Of a DNA stretch of 61,170 nt, positions 27,456-36,509 are shown in pieces (within the stretch, counting starts at the first letter, position 1; every line of letters begins with the position of its first letter). Under the pieces are notes generated by a model that was not told the origin of the DNA, did not search any database, and saw only the letters and a program-made list of their open reading frames with translations. The translations under genes and the position numbers were made by a program. Source of the DNA: a virus (Duplodnaviria; Caudoviricetes); IMG/VR virus record IMGVR_UViG_3300026039_000012, positions 1 to 61,170 of that record; one strand, given 5' to 3'.

Positions 27456-27659
27456 TCAGGACTCATCACAGTCAGCACCGTTCACTGGATTCTTCTCAAG
27501 CCACTCCTCCAGGAGGTTCGAGACGAGCGCACTCATCGACGTGTTCTGGGCGTGAGCAGCCTCCTTGGCTGACTCCCAGATACTCGTGTCGACGCGCACC
27601 GAGATCGGACGCGACAGGAGCGAGCCTCCGGGGCGCCTACGGCCTGGTGTCACCTTCAT
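27456..27659 (-). CDS. Ribbon-helix-helix (Arc/CopG-like) DNA-binding protein
   Basis: PISVRVDTSIWESAKEAAHAQNTSMSALVSNLLEEWL has the RHH pattern; GGGAGG RBS. Confidence 0.78.
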   Translation of the reverse strand: MKVTPGRRRPGGSLLSRPISVRVDTSIWESAKEAAHAQNTSMSALVSNLLEEWLEKNPVNGADCDES

Positions 27660-27682
27660 GATCAACCTCCCTAAGCCAGCGT

Positions 27683-27708
27683 TATGTAAGTTCAATGTAA
27701 CACACAAG
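27683..27708 (-). promoter_or_regulatory. Repeated promoter/operator, copy 5 (upstream of the RHH gene)
   Basis: TGTAagttcaaTGTAACACAC. Confidence 0.72.
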
Positions 27709-27753
27709 TGGGGAGAGCCATCAGCGCCAGAGGCTCTCCCCGTGTGCAGTCTG

Positions 27754-28194
27754 TCAGCCGTCAGAAGCCGTCTCAGAGCCGTGGGCAGGTGCACCGTGAC
27801 CGGGGAACAGCTGGGGATATCCCCATCCCTGTGACGTCACGAGAACCGCCCCACCGTCGATCCGGCGGAAACTCTCCGAGCGGCGCATGTCGTAGGGACC
27901 GATAGCCCCTTTGGGGACTTCCCACTGCTCGGTTGTGTAGTACTTCCCGCTGGGCTTGAACAGCTCGACCTCGATGAGGTCACCAGCTGAAGGGAGCACC
28001 TCCCCCAGGGCTCTGGGGGAGTCCCGCTTGATGGGCGGAGTGACCTCCTTCAGCAGGTGACGGCGCTCGACCGACCTCATGTCCCCGAAGGGATTCCGCT
28101 CGACGACGGTCTTAACCACCTCGTACTGAACCCCGATACGCAGATCAATCGGATGGGAATCCAGGTCCAGGAAAAACAGATCTTCGATATTCAT
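27754..28194 (-). CDS. Hypothetical protein
   Basis: ORF in the operon after polA; VELFKPSGKYYT motif. Confidence 0.55.
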   Translation of the reverse strand: MNIEDLFFLDLDSHPIDLRIGVQYEVVKTVVERNPFGDMRSVERRHLLKEVTPPIKRDSPRALGEVLPSAGDLIEVELFKPSGKYYTTEQWEVPKGAIGPYDMRRSESFRRIDGGAVLVTSQGWGYPQLFPGHGAPAHGSETASDG

Positions 28195-28357
28195 CAGACT
28201 TCCCCGCATCCACTCGCGCGTCCCACTCCTTGCGGAACGCCACCTTCTCTTCCTTGGTCAGGAGACGTCCGGGGTGAACCGGGCACTCCTGAACTCCGAT
28301 GTTGCATAGGCAGTTATCAACCGCCATCCCCGGAACCCTGAACGAAGACCGCTCCAC
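28145..28357 (-). CDS. Small hypothetical protein (CxC...CPVH)
   Basis: Fills the operon gap; GGAGG before GTG. Confidence 0.4.
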   Translation of the reverse strand: MERSSFRVPGMAVDNCLCNIGVQECPVHPGRLLTKEEKVAFRKEWDARVDAGKSDEYRRSVFPGPGFPSD

Positions 28358-28359
28358 GA

Positions 28360-28539
28360 TCAGTCCTCCCTCACGTAGCCGTCTCGGGCCGACTCGGCGA
28401 GGAACTCGCACGTCTGGGCCAAGGTGACTCGCTCCTGAGGGAGCATGGTGGACAAGAGCCTGCTCAGCTCGCTCATGTCGTCCGCCAAGCAGGCCAACAG
28501 CGCCTCAGTCTCGACAACCTTCGTCCCGTACTTGCTCAC
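28360..28539 (-). CDS. 59-aa hypothetical protein (absent from the ORF track)
   Basis: GTG start overlaps the polA stop; MSKYGTKVVETEALLACLADD...GYVRED*. Confidence 0.55.
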   Translation of the reverse strand: MSKYGTKVVETEALLACLADDMSELSRLLSTMLPQERVTLAQTCEFLAESARDGYVRED

Positions 28540-30515
28540 GTCAGCACCCCCACGTCAGCCAAGCCCCAGCGAGTACCGCACTTCGCTTCGACGGCCAGGG
28601 GGACGTCGAGAGTGCACCCAAGCGGGCTGAGCAGAGTCCCGACGAACACCATTCGCTCCATGCACGTACGGACGACACGCTCCCAGCCGTCTCTCGGGAC
28701 TTCGACCACGATCGAGTCGTGAACCGTACCCACGATCTCGGCACCTTGAACGGCGCCATGACCCCGGACGAACCCGCCGATCCACGCAGCGGCCAGCTGC
28801 ATGAGGTCGGAGGCGAAACCCTGCACAGGGGAGTTGACCGACGAGCGTTCCGCCCACCCGACCTTCTGGCCGTTGGGGCTGTGGATGTCCGGCAGACGGC
28901 GGACACGGCCGATTGGTGAGACCACCTGACCGTCGAGACGCGCCCTCTGAATCGACCGGATGTGCCACGCGCCGATCCCTGTCCACATCTCGTAGAAGGC
29001 ACGGTGCACCGCAGCGGCCTCGTCTTGAGTGAAGGCCACCCCGTACGACGTCTCTGCGTACGTCTGAAACCCTCCGGGCGACATCATGTAGAGCAGTCCG
29101 AAGTTCGCGGACTTCGCTGCCTGCCTCTCGGTGTCCGTCACGTCCTCTGGGGCTTTACCGGTCAGCTTCGCACCGAGCAGACGGTGAAGATCTTGACCAG
29201 CTCGGAACGCGTCCAGCATCGGTCCACAGCGCGAGATGAACGCTGCCACCCTCAGTTCGATCTGAGAGAAGTCCAGCTCGGCAATGACGTTCTCCGGACT
29301 CTTCGGGACGAACGCAGGCTTCAGGGACTTCGTGATCTGCTGAACGTTCGGCTCGCTCGACGAGAGCCGGCCCGTCACGACCCGACCCGCGTGATACGTC
29401 GTGTGGATCGTTCCCTCCGGAGTCACCATCCCGAGCCAGCTCGTCAGATACTCAGCGCGCTTCACAGCAGAGCGCAATTCCAGGAGGTCTTCAGCGACGG
29501 ACGACCCGCGTCGAGCCTGCCGGACGAGCGTGGCCTTGTCCCACTGCGGACGGCCGGTCTTCGTCAGTCCACCGATGACGAGATCCCCGGCTGCTACTGC
29601 TCGACCGGTCCACTCCAGGAACCACTTCGAGGTCGGCGCGAACGACGCCCCGTCGGGATCCATGTCGTACAGCTCTGCGAGAGAGACAGTCAGTTCCGAT
29701 GCACGGGACTTGTCTTCCGTCAGGTGCTTTCGCACCCAGCCGGAGTCGAGCCCCATGCCGCGCTGCTCGATCGCTGTCAGAGACGACACGGTGGGCATCG
29801 CGACGAGATCAGCAAGAGTCCCGAGCCGGATCAGCTCTCGCGACTCGGGATCGAGATACCCATCCTCGTCAGAGACGCAGACACCGTCTGTCATGAGGTC
29901 CGTGTGCCGCTCGTACAGTTTCCATGTCCAATAAGTGTCTCTTGCGGCATACGACCCGAGATCGAATACAGGTACTTCCTCAGCCGCCCCGGGGTACGTC
30001 AGGTCGTGGTCGTCCCAGCGCTCGACCCCGAAGGTCGCCGGGGCTCTCTCCTTCAGTCGAGTACTCGATGTCTCGTCGAGCAGGTGCGACGACATCTGCG
30101 TATCCCAGCTGAGCCAGAACGACAGGTCGACACCCGTGTGGGCATAGATCCACTTCGCGTCGAACTTGATGTTCTGCCCGATGATGGGCTTCTCGTGATC
30201 AACGGCTGCCTGTGCGAGATCTCGTGTGACTGCCCGCCACGAGCCGATCATCGGCGAGTGTGGGTGGCTCAGCGGGACGACCCAGGTCAGCGGATCTCCC
30301 TCATCACTTCTCTGGGGCAGCGTGAACGACGCGAGCACGATCCGGGCCGGATACCCACCGTTGCTCGCCCCGCCGAACGTCGCGTGTTCGTCGAGGCCCG
30401 TCGTCTCGAGGTCCAGGACGCAGACAGTGCACGTCGAGATTGCCTCGATCAAGTCGTTGAATGTCGAAGTATCAAGCACCCAGCGGACTCGCCGGATGTC
30501 GAAAGTGTCAGCCAC
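28536..30515 (-). CDS. polA: Family A DNA polymerase with 3'-5' exonuclease
   Basis: DLETTG, QNIKFD and YAARD exonuclease motifs; TGRLSSSEPNVQQI, DFSQIELR, RQAAKSANFGLLY, NSPVQG, VHDS. Confidence 0.95.
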   Translation of the reverse strand: MADTFDIRRVRWVLDTSTFNDLIEAISTCTVCVLDLETTGLDEHATFGGASNGGYPARIVLASFTLPQRSDEGDPLTWVVPLSHPHSPMIGSWRAVTRDLAQAAVDHEKPIIGQNIKFDAKWIYAHTGVDLSFWLSWDTQMSSHLLDETSSTRLKERAPATFGVERWDDHDLTYPGAAEEVPVFDLGSYAARDTYWTWKLYERHTDLMTDGVCVSDEDGYLDPESRELIRLGTLADLVAMPTVSSLTAIEQRGMGLDSGWVRKHLTEDKSRASELTVSLAELYDMDPDGASFAPTSKWFLEWTGRAVAAGDLVIGGLTKTGRPQWDKATLVRQARRGSSVAEDLLELRSAVKRAEYLTSWLGMVTPEGTIHTTYHAGRVVTGRLSSSEPNVQQITKSLKPAFVPKSPENVIAELDFSQIELRVAAFISRCGPMLDAFRAGQDLHRLLGAKLTGKAPEDVTDTERQAAKSANFGLLYMMSPGGFQTYAETSYGVAFTQDEAAAVHRAFYEMWTGIGAWHIRSIQRARLDGQVVSPIGRVRRLPDIHSPNGQKVGWAERSSVNSPVQGFASDLMQLAAAWIGGFVRGHGAVQGAEIVGTVHDSIVVEVPRDGWERVVRTCMERMVFVGTLLSPLGCTLDVPLAVEAKCGTRWGLADVGVLT

Positions 30516-30538
30516 GGAAGTGCTCCCCTGTCGTCTAC

Positions 30539-31099
30539 TCAGTGTGTCGTCTTGACCTTGTTCGGCCAGGTGCCCTGGAGGCGCTCCCACTCCGTCTGCC
30601 CCAGCGCTGCCCTGATCAGAGCAGTCTCGACCCAGTCAGCGGACACCCCAGCCAGCGCTGCACCCGTCCGGTCAGAGTAGTCACACGCTTCGACTCTGGT
30701 CAGATTCACCAAGAGAGGTTCGTCCTTGAACCGCGCTGGGTGATGATCTCGTGCATCGTCATGGCCCTGAGACTCCACGAAGTCCCAGAACTTGACGGCT
30801 GCCTCCTTGTCACGGTCCACCAACTCTGCCCAGGTCGGAAGCGTCGTGAACCGCAGTTCGTGGCACATGTTCTGGAGGGGCGTCATCGAGATCACCGACG
30901 TTGCTTCTGCTGGGGTGTCCTCATCCCCAGGGTCTCCGAAGTCCGGGAACAGCTCTCCCTCGAAGTAGGCGACGGTGTCTGTCGCTACGCACGGGAGAGC
31001 CGGCCCCAGATCCCCAGGGGACAACGCCATCACTACCGGAGTCCCCGGGGGTACTGCCTCAAGCTGCTCGATCAGGAGTGCAGCAGTCATCTGGTTCAC
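30539..31099 (-). CDS. Hypothetical protein, tandem paralog of 31148..31693
   Basis: Shares MTxAxLIEQL..PPxTPVVxAL.PG.L, PLQNMCHE.R..TLPTWA.L and LG.TEW.RL with its neighbour. Confidence 0.7.
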   Translation of the reverse strand: MNQMTAALLIEQLEAVPPGTPVVMALSPGDLGPALPCVATDTVAYFEGELFPDFGDPGDEDTPAEATSVISMTPLQNMCHELRFTTLPTWAELVDRDKEAAVKFWDFVESQGHDDARDHHPARFKDEPLLVNLTRVEACDYSDRTGAALAGVSADWVETALIRAALGQTEWERLQGTWPNKVKTTH

Positions 31100-31147
31100 G
31101 GCGGTACCTCCGAGGCTCTGAGTGATGTCTGTCCTCAACTGTCCCGC

Positions 31148-31693
31148 TTACGGGAGTGCTTCGTATATGTCCATGAGCCGACCCCACTCAGTAGGCCCCA
31201 GAACGGCGAAGGCATCCCCTTCACCGGGGTCCGTGCTGTCGTCACACAGGTCGACCAGGAGTCGGTCAGCGTGCAAGCACGCCTCCGCGGTGGTCAGGTT
31301 CGCCAGCTCGAACGAGTCGACGAACTTCACGGAGTAGTTCTCTCTCGCATAGCTCACCCCTTCGCTGTCGCACTTCGCCCAGTAGGCGACGACGCAAGCC
31401 TTGTCGATATCGGACAGGGAGGCCCACGTCGGCAGCGTGGCGTACCTCATCTCGTGACACATGTTCTGGAGAGGCAGCAGAGCGACAACCGGTATCGCGT
31501 CCTTCGGGGTGTCGTAGTCCATCTCACTTCCCAGCGCCGAGTACAACATCCCGTTGGCGTAGGCCACGAGGTCCAGGGCGACGACCGGCTGAGCCTCGCA
31601 GAGTTCCCCTGGAGCGAGAGCGAGCACGATCGGGGTGCTGGGGCTGAACTCCCTGAGCTGGTCGATCAGGTCGGCCACGGTGATCTGTTTCAT
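31148..31693 (-). CDS. Hypothetical protein, tandem paralog of 30539..31099
   Basis: Same shared motifs; AGAAGGA RBS. Confidence 0.7.
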   Translation of the reverse strand: MKQITVADLIDQLREFSPSTPIVLALAPGELCEAQPVVALDLVAYANGMLYSALGSEMDYDTPKDAIPVVALLPLQNMCHEMRYATLPTWASLSDIDKACVVAYWAKCDSEGVSYARENYSVKFVDSFELANLTTAEACLHADRLLVDLCDDSTDPGEGDAFAVLGPTEWGRLMDIYEALP

Positions 31694-31728
31694 GGTGAGT
31701 CCTTCTGTGTGCGTCGGAGCTGAACGAG

Positions 31729-32073
31729 TCAGGCCTCGTAGGGAACCCTGAGCCAGTAGATGACGTAGTCGTCCCGGAACTGATCAATCTCCGGATACCC
31801 CAAGCAGCGCAGAGCGTCCGCCAGGAGATCCGACAACGTGACCCCGGTGTCGGCGAACTCCTCCGCCATCTCGGCGATGATCTCCCCGATGACCATCCCC
31901 AGGGTGAGCCCCGTCTTCAGGCTGTCGACGACCACAGCGGCATACGTCAGGCCACGTCCCAGAGGTGAGTGAGGGGTGTGCCCGCCCTCCTTCACCTCGC
32001 AGATCTTGGTCGTGTACTCATTCACCCGCTCAGCGGCCTGAGCGATGATCGAATTGAGTGTGGTGCTGTCCAT
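31729..32073 (-). CDS. Hypothetical protein
   Basis: First gene after promoter copy 6. Confidence 0.6.
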   Translation of the reverse strand: MDSTTLNSIIAQAAERVNEYTTKICEVKEGGHTPHSPLGRGLTYAAVVVDSLKTGLTLGMVIGEIIAEMAEEFADTGVTLSDLLADALRCLGYPEIDQFRDDYVIYWLRVPYEA

Positions 32074-32091
32074 CACGTCTCCGTTCTCGGA

Positions 32092-32125
32092 ATGTAAGGC
32101 TAGTGTAACACACAACGACTACATA
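32092..32125 (-). promoter_or_regulatory. Repeated promoter/operator, copy 6 (full palindrome)
   Basis: TGTAaggctagTGTAACACAcaacgacTACA. Confidence 0.78.
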
Positions 32126-32685
32126 TCACGAGAAGGGGCCGGCGACTTCCTCCGCTCACGATCCATCCGGAAGCACGAGAGACAGCGCTTCCCCGATGGG
32201 GGCCATGTGGCGCAGCTCCACTGGAGTTCTCCGACGTCCCAGGCGTCTTCCAGTAGCTCCAGGGAGGTGCACCCGCAGAGAGCCCTGTACGACGTCCTGG
32301 GGGCGCTGAGGTCGTACGACTCAGCGGCTACGTGCCACAGCCCAGCAGGGCTCTGGCAGTACTCGTCCGGAGGCTGTCGCACACGGAACCGGAGGATGTG
32401 CGTGTCGTCCGGAGCGTGCAGGGCGTTCGTGATCGCAGCACCTCGCTGGGACGCGCACTGTGCGCAGATGGGCTGAATGTTGCCCAGGCCGTAGGGCTGA
32501 CTGCGGTCGATCCTCCCGACGCACAGAGTCTCCTCGACCAGCGTCTTCCCACACTTCACGCACGGGATCGTTTTCTTCCCCTGCAGGAGGTGAGCACGTC
32601 GAGCCCACTTGGTGCGCTGATTCCCCCTGCGCCGAGAGTTCCTACGGCTCGTCGTCATCCCACTCCCCAGCTTCCGCGTACTCAT
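32119..32685 (-). CDS. HNH-like zinc-finger protein (degenerate) with an extra C-terminal Cys-rich domain
   Basis: PCVKCG...LCVGRID...YGLGNIQPICAQCAS. Confidence 0.55.
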   Translation of the reverse strand: MSTRKLGSGMTTSRRNSRRRGNQRTKWARRAHLLQGKKTIPCVKCGKTLVEETLCVGRIDRSQPYGLGNIQPICAQCASQRGAAITNALHAPDDTHILRFRVRQPPDEYCQSPAGLWHVAAESYDLSAPRTSYRALCGCTSLELLEDAWDVGELQWSCATWPPSGKRCLSCFRMDRERRKSPAPSRDM

Positions 32686-32902
32686 CGTCGTCTTTCCTCG
32701 CTGCTCTCGTCGCTGTCGATATCGCAGCCGCCAGCGCAAGGATCAGCGCCCCCAGACAGAGTGCGCTGACTCCCGCGATGGTTGCGAATACTTCGATTAC
32801 CCCGCCCACAGTCCCCTGCCTCTCATCAGTCTCCGAGGCCCCAACCTCGAAGCACTTCCCGAAGTTCTTCCAGGTCAACGGAGATCCCTTCATGACGCTC
32901 AT
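32642..32902 (-). CDS. Small membrane protein
   Basis: One hydrophobic helix and an acidic tail; the true start is probably downstream. Confidence 0.45.
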   Translation of the reverse strand: MSVMKGSPLTWKNFGKCFEVGASETDERQGTVGGVIEVFATIAGVSALCLGALILALAAAISTATRAARKDDDEYAEAGEWDDDEP

Positions 32903-33137
32903 CCGGAGTCCAGAAGTAGAACCGAGGACCTTCCTGCCCTCTCAGAGGATTCCGCTCCGGCTTGTACGACATGTGGCTCAGGATCAAGCCAAGACGACTA
33001 CACAGGTCCGGGATCCCCCAGAAGCCGGATGCAGTCCGACCGATGAGAAGCCAGTACTTCTCCGTCTTCGTCTCCCAGCTCTCCATTGGTTCGCTGAGTG
33101 CCTGAAGGTGTGCGATCTGCACAACGCGCTGAGACAT
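32826..33137 (-). CDS. Hypothetical protein
   Basis: Tightly packed ORF in the minus-strand operon. Confidence 0.5.
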   Translation of the reverse strand: MSQRVVQIAHLQALSEPMESWETKTEKYWLLIGRTASGFWGIPDLCSRLGLILSHMSYKPERNPLRGQEGPRFYFWTPDERHEGISVDLEELREVLRGWGLGD

Positions 33138-33138
33138 G

Positions 33139-33561
33139 TCACTCCACTCCCTTATGCCCTGAGTAAGTCGCTACGTCCCACTTATCGGCGAGAACTCGCA
33201 CGAGTGGCCCACTGTCGGTTTCGGCTGGAGTCTCGGGGATGACCCAGACCTGATTCGTCTGCTGCCCAGCTGACCAGACAGTCCCCCGACGCTCGCAGTG
33301 CTCGTCACGATCCCGGAAGGTGATCACATCACCGGGCTGCATCCCCAACGGAAGTCGAGCCGCACGGCCACGGCCAGGAGCAGGCGTGCTGGGGAACCCT
33401 CCAGAACGAACGCGCTTCTGGTGGTCCGGGAGAAGCCTCCGTCCGTGCTCGTCAAGCATGTGCCGGACGAAGTCATCTCGACCGACCCGGTTGACGAAGA
33501 CGCTGGGGTTCTCCCAGCACTTCCCGATCCGGCAGGTTGCCCGGAACTCTCCCGGCCTCAT
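33139..33561 (-). CDS. Hypothetical protein (C2H2-like N-terminus)
   Basis: CRIGKC...HMLDEH; abuts its neighbours. Confidence 0.55.
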   Translation of the reverse strand: MRPGEFRATCRIGKCWENPSVFVNRVGRDDFVRHMLDEHGRRLLPDHQKRVRSGGFPSTPAPGRGRAARLPLGMQPGDVITFRDRDEHCERRGTVWSAGQQTNQVWVIPETPAETDSGPLVRVLADKWDVATYSGHKGVE

Positions 33562-33562
33562 G

Positions 33563-34156
33563 TCAGCGACCGGGGAAGTAGTAGGACGACGACAGCGCCA
33601 GCTGGGCTACCTGCTGAACCTGAGCGTGAGAGAGGTCGCGATTGACGATGATCCACAGCGCTGTCTCTCTGAGCTGGAACTCTGCGCTCTCAGCGGCCTC
33701 GGGGTCCTTGTTCTTCACATGGACCTCCACCTCACCGAGCATGTGCTGGGCTATCCCGATGAGCGTCTCGACGTTCAGCGTTGTGATGTGCTGGGGAGGG
33801 GCCGGGTCAGCCATCGCCTGAACCCTCCGGCTCAAGTGAGAGGCGAATTTCTCCTCCACCTGAGACTGGAGTTCAGACTGCGCTGCCTCCCGCATCTCCT
33901 GAAACTTCTTGGCGCACTTCGAGCAGTGCTGACCAGCTGGCCGCTTGACGGCAGCGCTGACCCTCACTCCCCCGAGGGCGCCGTTCACGGTGTACCCGCA
34001 CAGACCGCGGTACTCCATGTAACACCCGCTACGGGTGTATTCCCACTCGGCAACGTGCCACTTTGGATCACCATATGTCGGGTCGTGGTACCCCAACCTC
34101 TTGAACCGCGTAACCACAGTATTCAGTGGATCAATTCTCTGAATGTCGGCCATCAC
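33563..34156 (-). CDS. Hypothetical Zn-binding protein
   Basis: KWHVA...GLCG...HCSKC, similar in pattern to the WHVA...ALCG...RCLSC tail of 32119..32685. Confidence 0.55.
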   Translation of the reverse strand: MMADIQRIDPLNTVVTRFKRLGYHDPTYGDPKWHVAEWEYTRSGCYMEYRGLCGYTVNGALGGVRVSAAVKRPAGQHCSKCAKKFQEMREAAQSELQSQVEEKFASHLSRRVQAMADPAPPQHITTLNVETLIGIAQHMLGEVEVHVKNKDPEAAESAEFQLRETALWIIVNRDLSHAQVQQVAQLALSSSYYFPGR

Positions 34157-34362
34157 AATCCCTCGATCTTTAAGCGCTGAAGCACGGCGGATGCCTGAAT
34201 ATCGCGAAGTCGGTTGAGCATGTCTCTCATCGCGTGGCGCTGCTCGGGAGACATCTGTCCGGTCAGGATGTCGGTCACCTCATGAATGACGTCTGTCAAT
34301 TCTCTGAGGTCGAGTTCTTCTGACAGACGACTCATCATCTTCTGGACTCGGCTCTCCGTCAT
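34153..34362 (-). CDS. Small helical hypothetical protein
   Basis: GGAGGAGG RBS; first gene after promoter copy 7. Confidence 0.6.
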   Translation of the reverse strand: MTESRVQKMMSRLSEELDLRELTDVIHEVTDILTGQMSPEQRHAMRDMLNRLRDIQASAVLQRLKIEGL

Positions 34363-34377
34363 GACCCCTCCTCCGTT

Positions 34378-34411
34378 GTGTAGAGCTAATGTAACACACT
34401 AGCTCTACATA
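34378..34411 (-). promoter_or_regulatory. Repeated promoter/operator, copy 7 (near-perfect 31-bp palindrome)
   Basis: TGTAGAGCTAaTGT-AAC-ACAcTAGCTCTACA. Confidence 0.8.
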
Positions 34412-34599
34412 GCGGAACCCCCCGACGAGAGCGAACTTCTCCCCGACGTTCGACCGATGACATAGCTCCCAGACGCCTCAGGCTGGCCTCTCACAGATGA
34501 ACTCCCCTCCACCCGATACGTCGTAAGGGTGAGGGGAGTCGATGTCTCAGAGGAGCACGCACGGGTTGAGTGTCTTGCTGCCCGATGGATCTTGATTCT

Positions 34600-34718
34600 G
34601 TCCCCAGTGACCTCCCCCCATCCACCCCCTGCCCCCTACGGGGGCTACGGGGGTGGTGGGGGGAGGTTGGGGACTTTGGCGCCACCCCCAGAACCCCCTA
34701 CGGGGGTTCTAGGGGGTG
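34600..34718. repeat. Two adjacent C/G-run hairpins with CCCCC-TAC-GGGGG apex; candidate replication origin or priming sites
   Basis: 34600-34674 long imperfect stem; 34683-34718 CACCCCC-AGAACCCCC-TAC-GGGGGTTCT-A-GGGGGTG; noncoding. Confidence 0.65.
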
Positions 34719-34727
34719 TTTCCATGA

Positions 34728-34895
34728 TCAGAACGCCCAGCTCAGCGCGAGTCCCCAGCCTCGGTAGATGACTCCTGCCAGGAGGACCATCAGAGGTCCG
34801 AGAAGCACGGCGGCAATAATCCCCAACCCCACCAGAACTGGGGTCGGAGGGCGCTCAGGATCTTTACCTTGAATACCACTCTCGTCATTTCCCAT
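34728..34895 (-). CDS. Small membrane protein
   Basis: VLVGLGIIAAVLLGPLMVLLAGVIY hydrophobic stretch. Confidence 0.5.
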   Translation of the reverse strand: MGNDESGIQGKDPERPPTPVLVGLGIIAAVLLGPLMVLLAGVIYRGWGLALSWAF

Positions 34896-35934
34896 CGAGC
34901 GTTCCCGCATTCTTCTCGTCGTTCTTGTTGGCATTCTTTTTGGTGTCGATGATCTTCTTCAGTTGACCCCAGCGCACACTTCCGACAGCGTCCAGGACGT
35001 CATCGGAGTTGGAATCCTTGAAAGGCCTACCGACCAGTAGGCCGATGATTCCCTGAGCCATTTCTCGTGCCTCTTCTGGCGCGAGATCTGCCAGATCAGG
35101 GCGGCTGAACATCATCTGAGCGCTGTCACCTACTCGCGCGTACTCGTCCGCGTACTCCGTAACAGCGGCCTGGTCATCGTCCGAGAGATCCGCCCAAGTC
35201 AGCCCGACAATCCTGGGACTCGCCAGCTGCGAGGAACTGCTACACATCTCCGTCAGCAAGGAGCACCACGAGGTACTACCGATAGCCACCTCCATCTGCA
35301 GGGGCGTCGGCCGTCCGGCTGTCCCCGCGCGTTCAGCCAGGATCTTGTCAGCGACAGTGAGCGCCAACTCGTGAGGCAGCCGCCTGATGTCGTCCCGAAC
35401 CTGAGGGACGGGGTACAGGAGTCGAGCAAGCTCCGCGTCGTGATCTGCCACGAGGATGTACCGGACGAGGGCTGTCTGGTCAGCCCACTCCAGAGCCTCC
35501 CAAGTCAGCGCACTCAGCCGCTCAACCTCACTACCCAGGCTCTCGCGCTGAGCACGTGAACGCAGAGTCTCGGAGACATACCCAAGGAGTCTCTGGACGA
35601 CGTCCGGTGCCGTGTGACCGTCGTAGGCCAGGGCGTTCTGGAGCTCGTCCCCGGGGCAGAGGTCCCAGTACTTTTCCTCGAGGTGATACGTCACCGGGCC
35701 GGCGCCTGGCAGTTGCGCACCGACGATGAAATACCCGGGGAACATCTCTGCTCCGCCGATCTCGTGCTGACGGGACTTCCAGGCGTGGATGTCCGGAGTC
35801 AGCGCGAGAGCCATCCACAGCGCTGACCTGTGCTCGTACAGCTCACCGAACGTGTGATAGCCGTCCGAGATCTCGTTGGTACCTGCCCCCGTGCCTGCCT
35901 CGGAGGAGTACAGCCGTTCGTTGCTCATGGTCAT
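34885..35934 (-). CDS. WDGH-type domain fused to two copies of a lineage-specific helical repeat
   Basis: SDGYHTFGELYEHR...AWKSRQH...YFIVG...TYH...WD...YDGHT; then two LTWxxL...G...W repeats. Confidence 0.7.
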   Translation of the reverse strand: MTMSNERLYSSEAGTGAGTNEISDGYHTFGELYEHRSALWMALALTPDIHAWKSRQHEIGGAEMFPGYFIVGAQLPGAGPVTYHLEEKYWDLCPGDELQNALAYDGHTAPDVVQRLLGYVSETLRSRAQRESLGSEVERLSALTWEALEWADQTALVRYILVADHDAELARLLYPVPQVRDDIRRLPHELALTVADKILAERAGTAGRPTPLQMEVAIGSTSWCSLLTEMCSSSSQLASPRIVGLTWADLSDDDQAAVTEYADEYARVGDSAQMMFSRPDLADLAPEEAREMAQGIIGLLVGRPFKDSNSDDVLDAVGSVRWGQLKKIIDTKKNANKNDEKNAGTLDGK

Positions 35935-35990
35935 CCTTCAGTTGGGAAGTGCTCGGGAACTTCCAACTCTCAGCGTCGAGAGTTGGGAGA

Positions 35991-36407
35991 TCAGGTCTTC
36001 GGCTGAGCAGCCTGCATCTTCAGCGGCGTCGTGACAGTGTCGTAACCGGCAGCCTCCAGAACGCTCAGTGCCCTCAGCGCCAGAGCTGTCGGCTGGTCGT
36101 TCTTGTTCGTCTGCTCGGCGAGATCCATCACGAACTCAGCCAGCTTGGCCGTAGCTCGGAAGGTTGCTGCCAGGGAGTCAGACACGTCGAGCACGAGCTG
36201 GTCCGACCGAAGGTCTACATGGTCGACGTCGAGCACGATCTGGTCATTGCGCTGATTCGAGTCCGACTCGTGCATGATCTCGTTCCCCGCGTCTTCCGGG
36301 TCAGAGACTAGGACGACGACCGGGATCAGCCGGGCTACCGAGTCGTACAGGTGTGCTGTTGTCTCTCGGATCTCTCCGAGAGAGATGGACCGTTCGGACG
36401 CTTTCAT
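35991..36407 (-). CDS. Hypothetical protein
   Basis: GAAGGGGAG RBS; first gene after promoter copy 8. Confidence 0.6.
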   Translation of the reverse strand: MKASERSISLGEIRETTAHLYDSVARLIPVVVLVSDPEDAGNEIMHESDSNQRNDQIVLDVDHVDLRSDQLVLDVSDSLAATFRATAKLAEFVMDLAEQTNKNDQPTALALRALSVLEAAGYDTVTTPLKMQAAQPKT

Positions 36408-36424
36408 GATCTCCCCTTCGTCGT

Positions 36425-36450
36425 TATGTAGTGTTAGTGTAACACACTAG
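36425..36450 (-). promoter_or_regulatory. Repeated promoter/operator, copy 8
   Basis: TGTAgtgttagTGTAACACACTA. Confidence 0.75.
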
Positions 36451-36452
36451 AG

Positions 36453-36492
36453 ACGAAAGAAACCCCCAACAGATGTTGAGGGTTTTCTTCGT
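36453..36492 (-). terminator. Intrinsic terminator
   Basis: Minus strand GAAGAAAACCCTCAACA-TC-TGTTGGGGGTTTCTTTC. Confidence 0.7.
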
Positions 36493-36509
36493 TGTCGGGG
36501 GTCAGGAGT

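Noticed and set aside
28962-31723. Long plus-strand ORFs (for example 28962..30680, 30461..31723, also 3116..4639 and 12915..14129)
   Set aside because: Antisense shadows of well-supported minus-strand genes, expected from high-GC codon bias; no recognisable motifs.
32119-32685. Mobile homing endonuclease or intron
   Set aside because: The HNH catalytic residues look degenerate and the gene does not interrupt another gene.
34600-34718. G-quadruplex or tRNA-like RNA gene
   Set aside because: The G-runs are matched by complementary C-runs forming simple hairpins, with no cloverleaf or T-loop consensus. No tRNA was recognised anywhere in the window.
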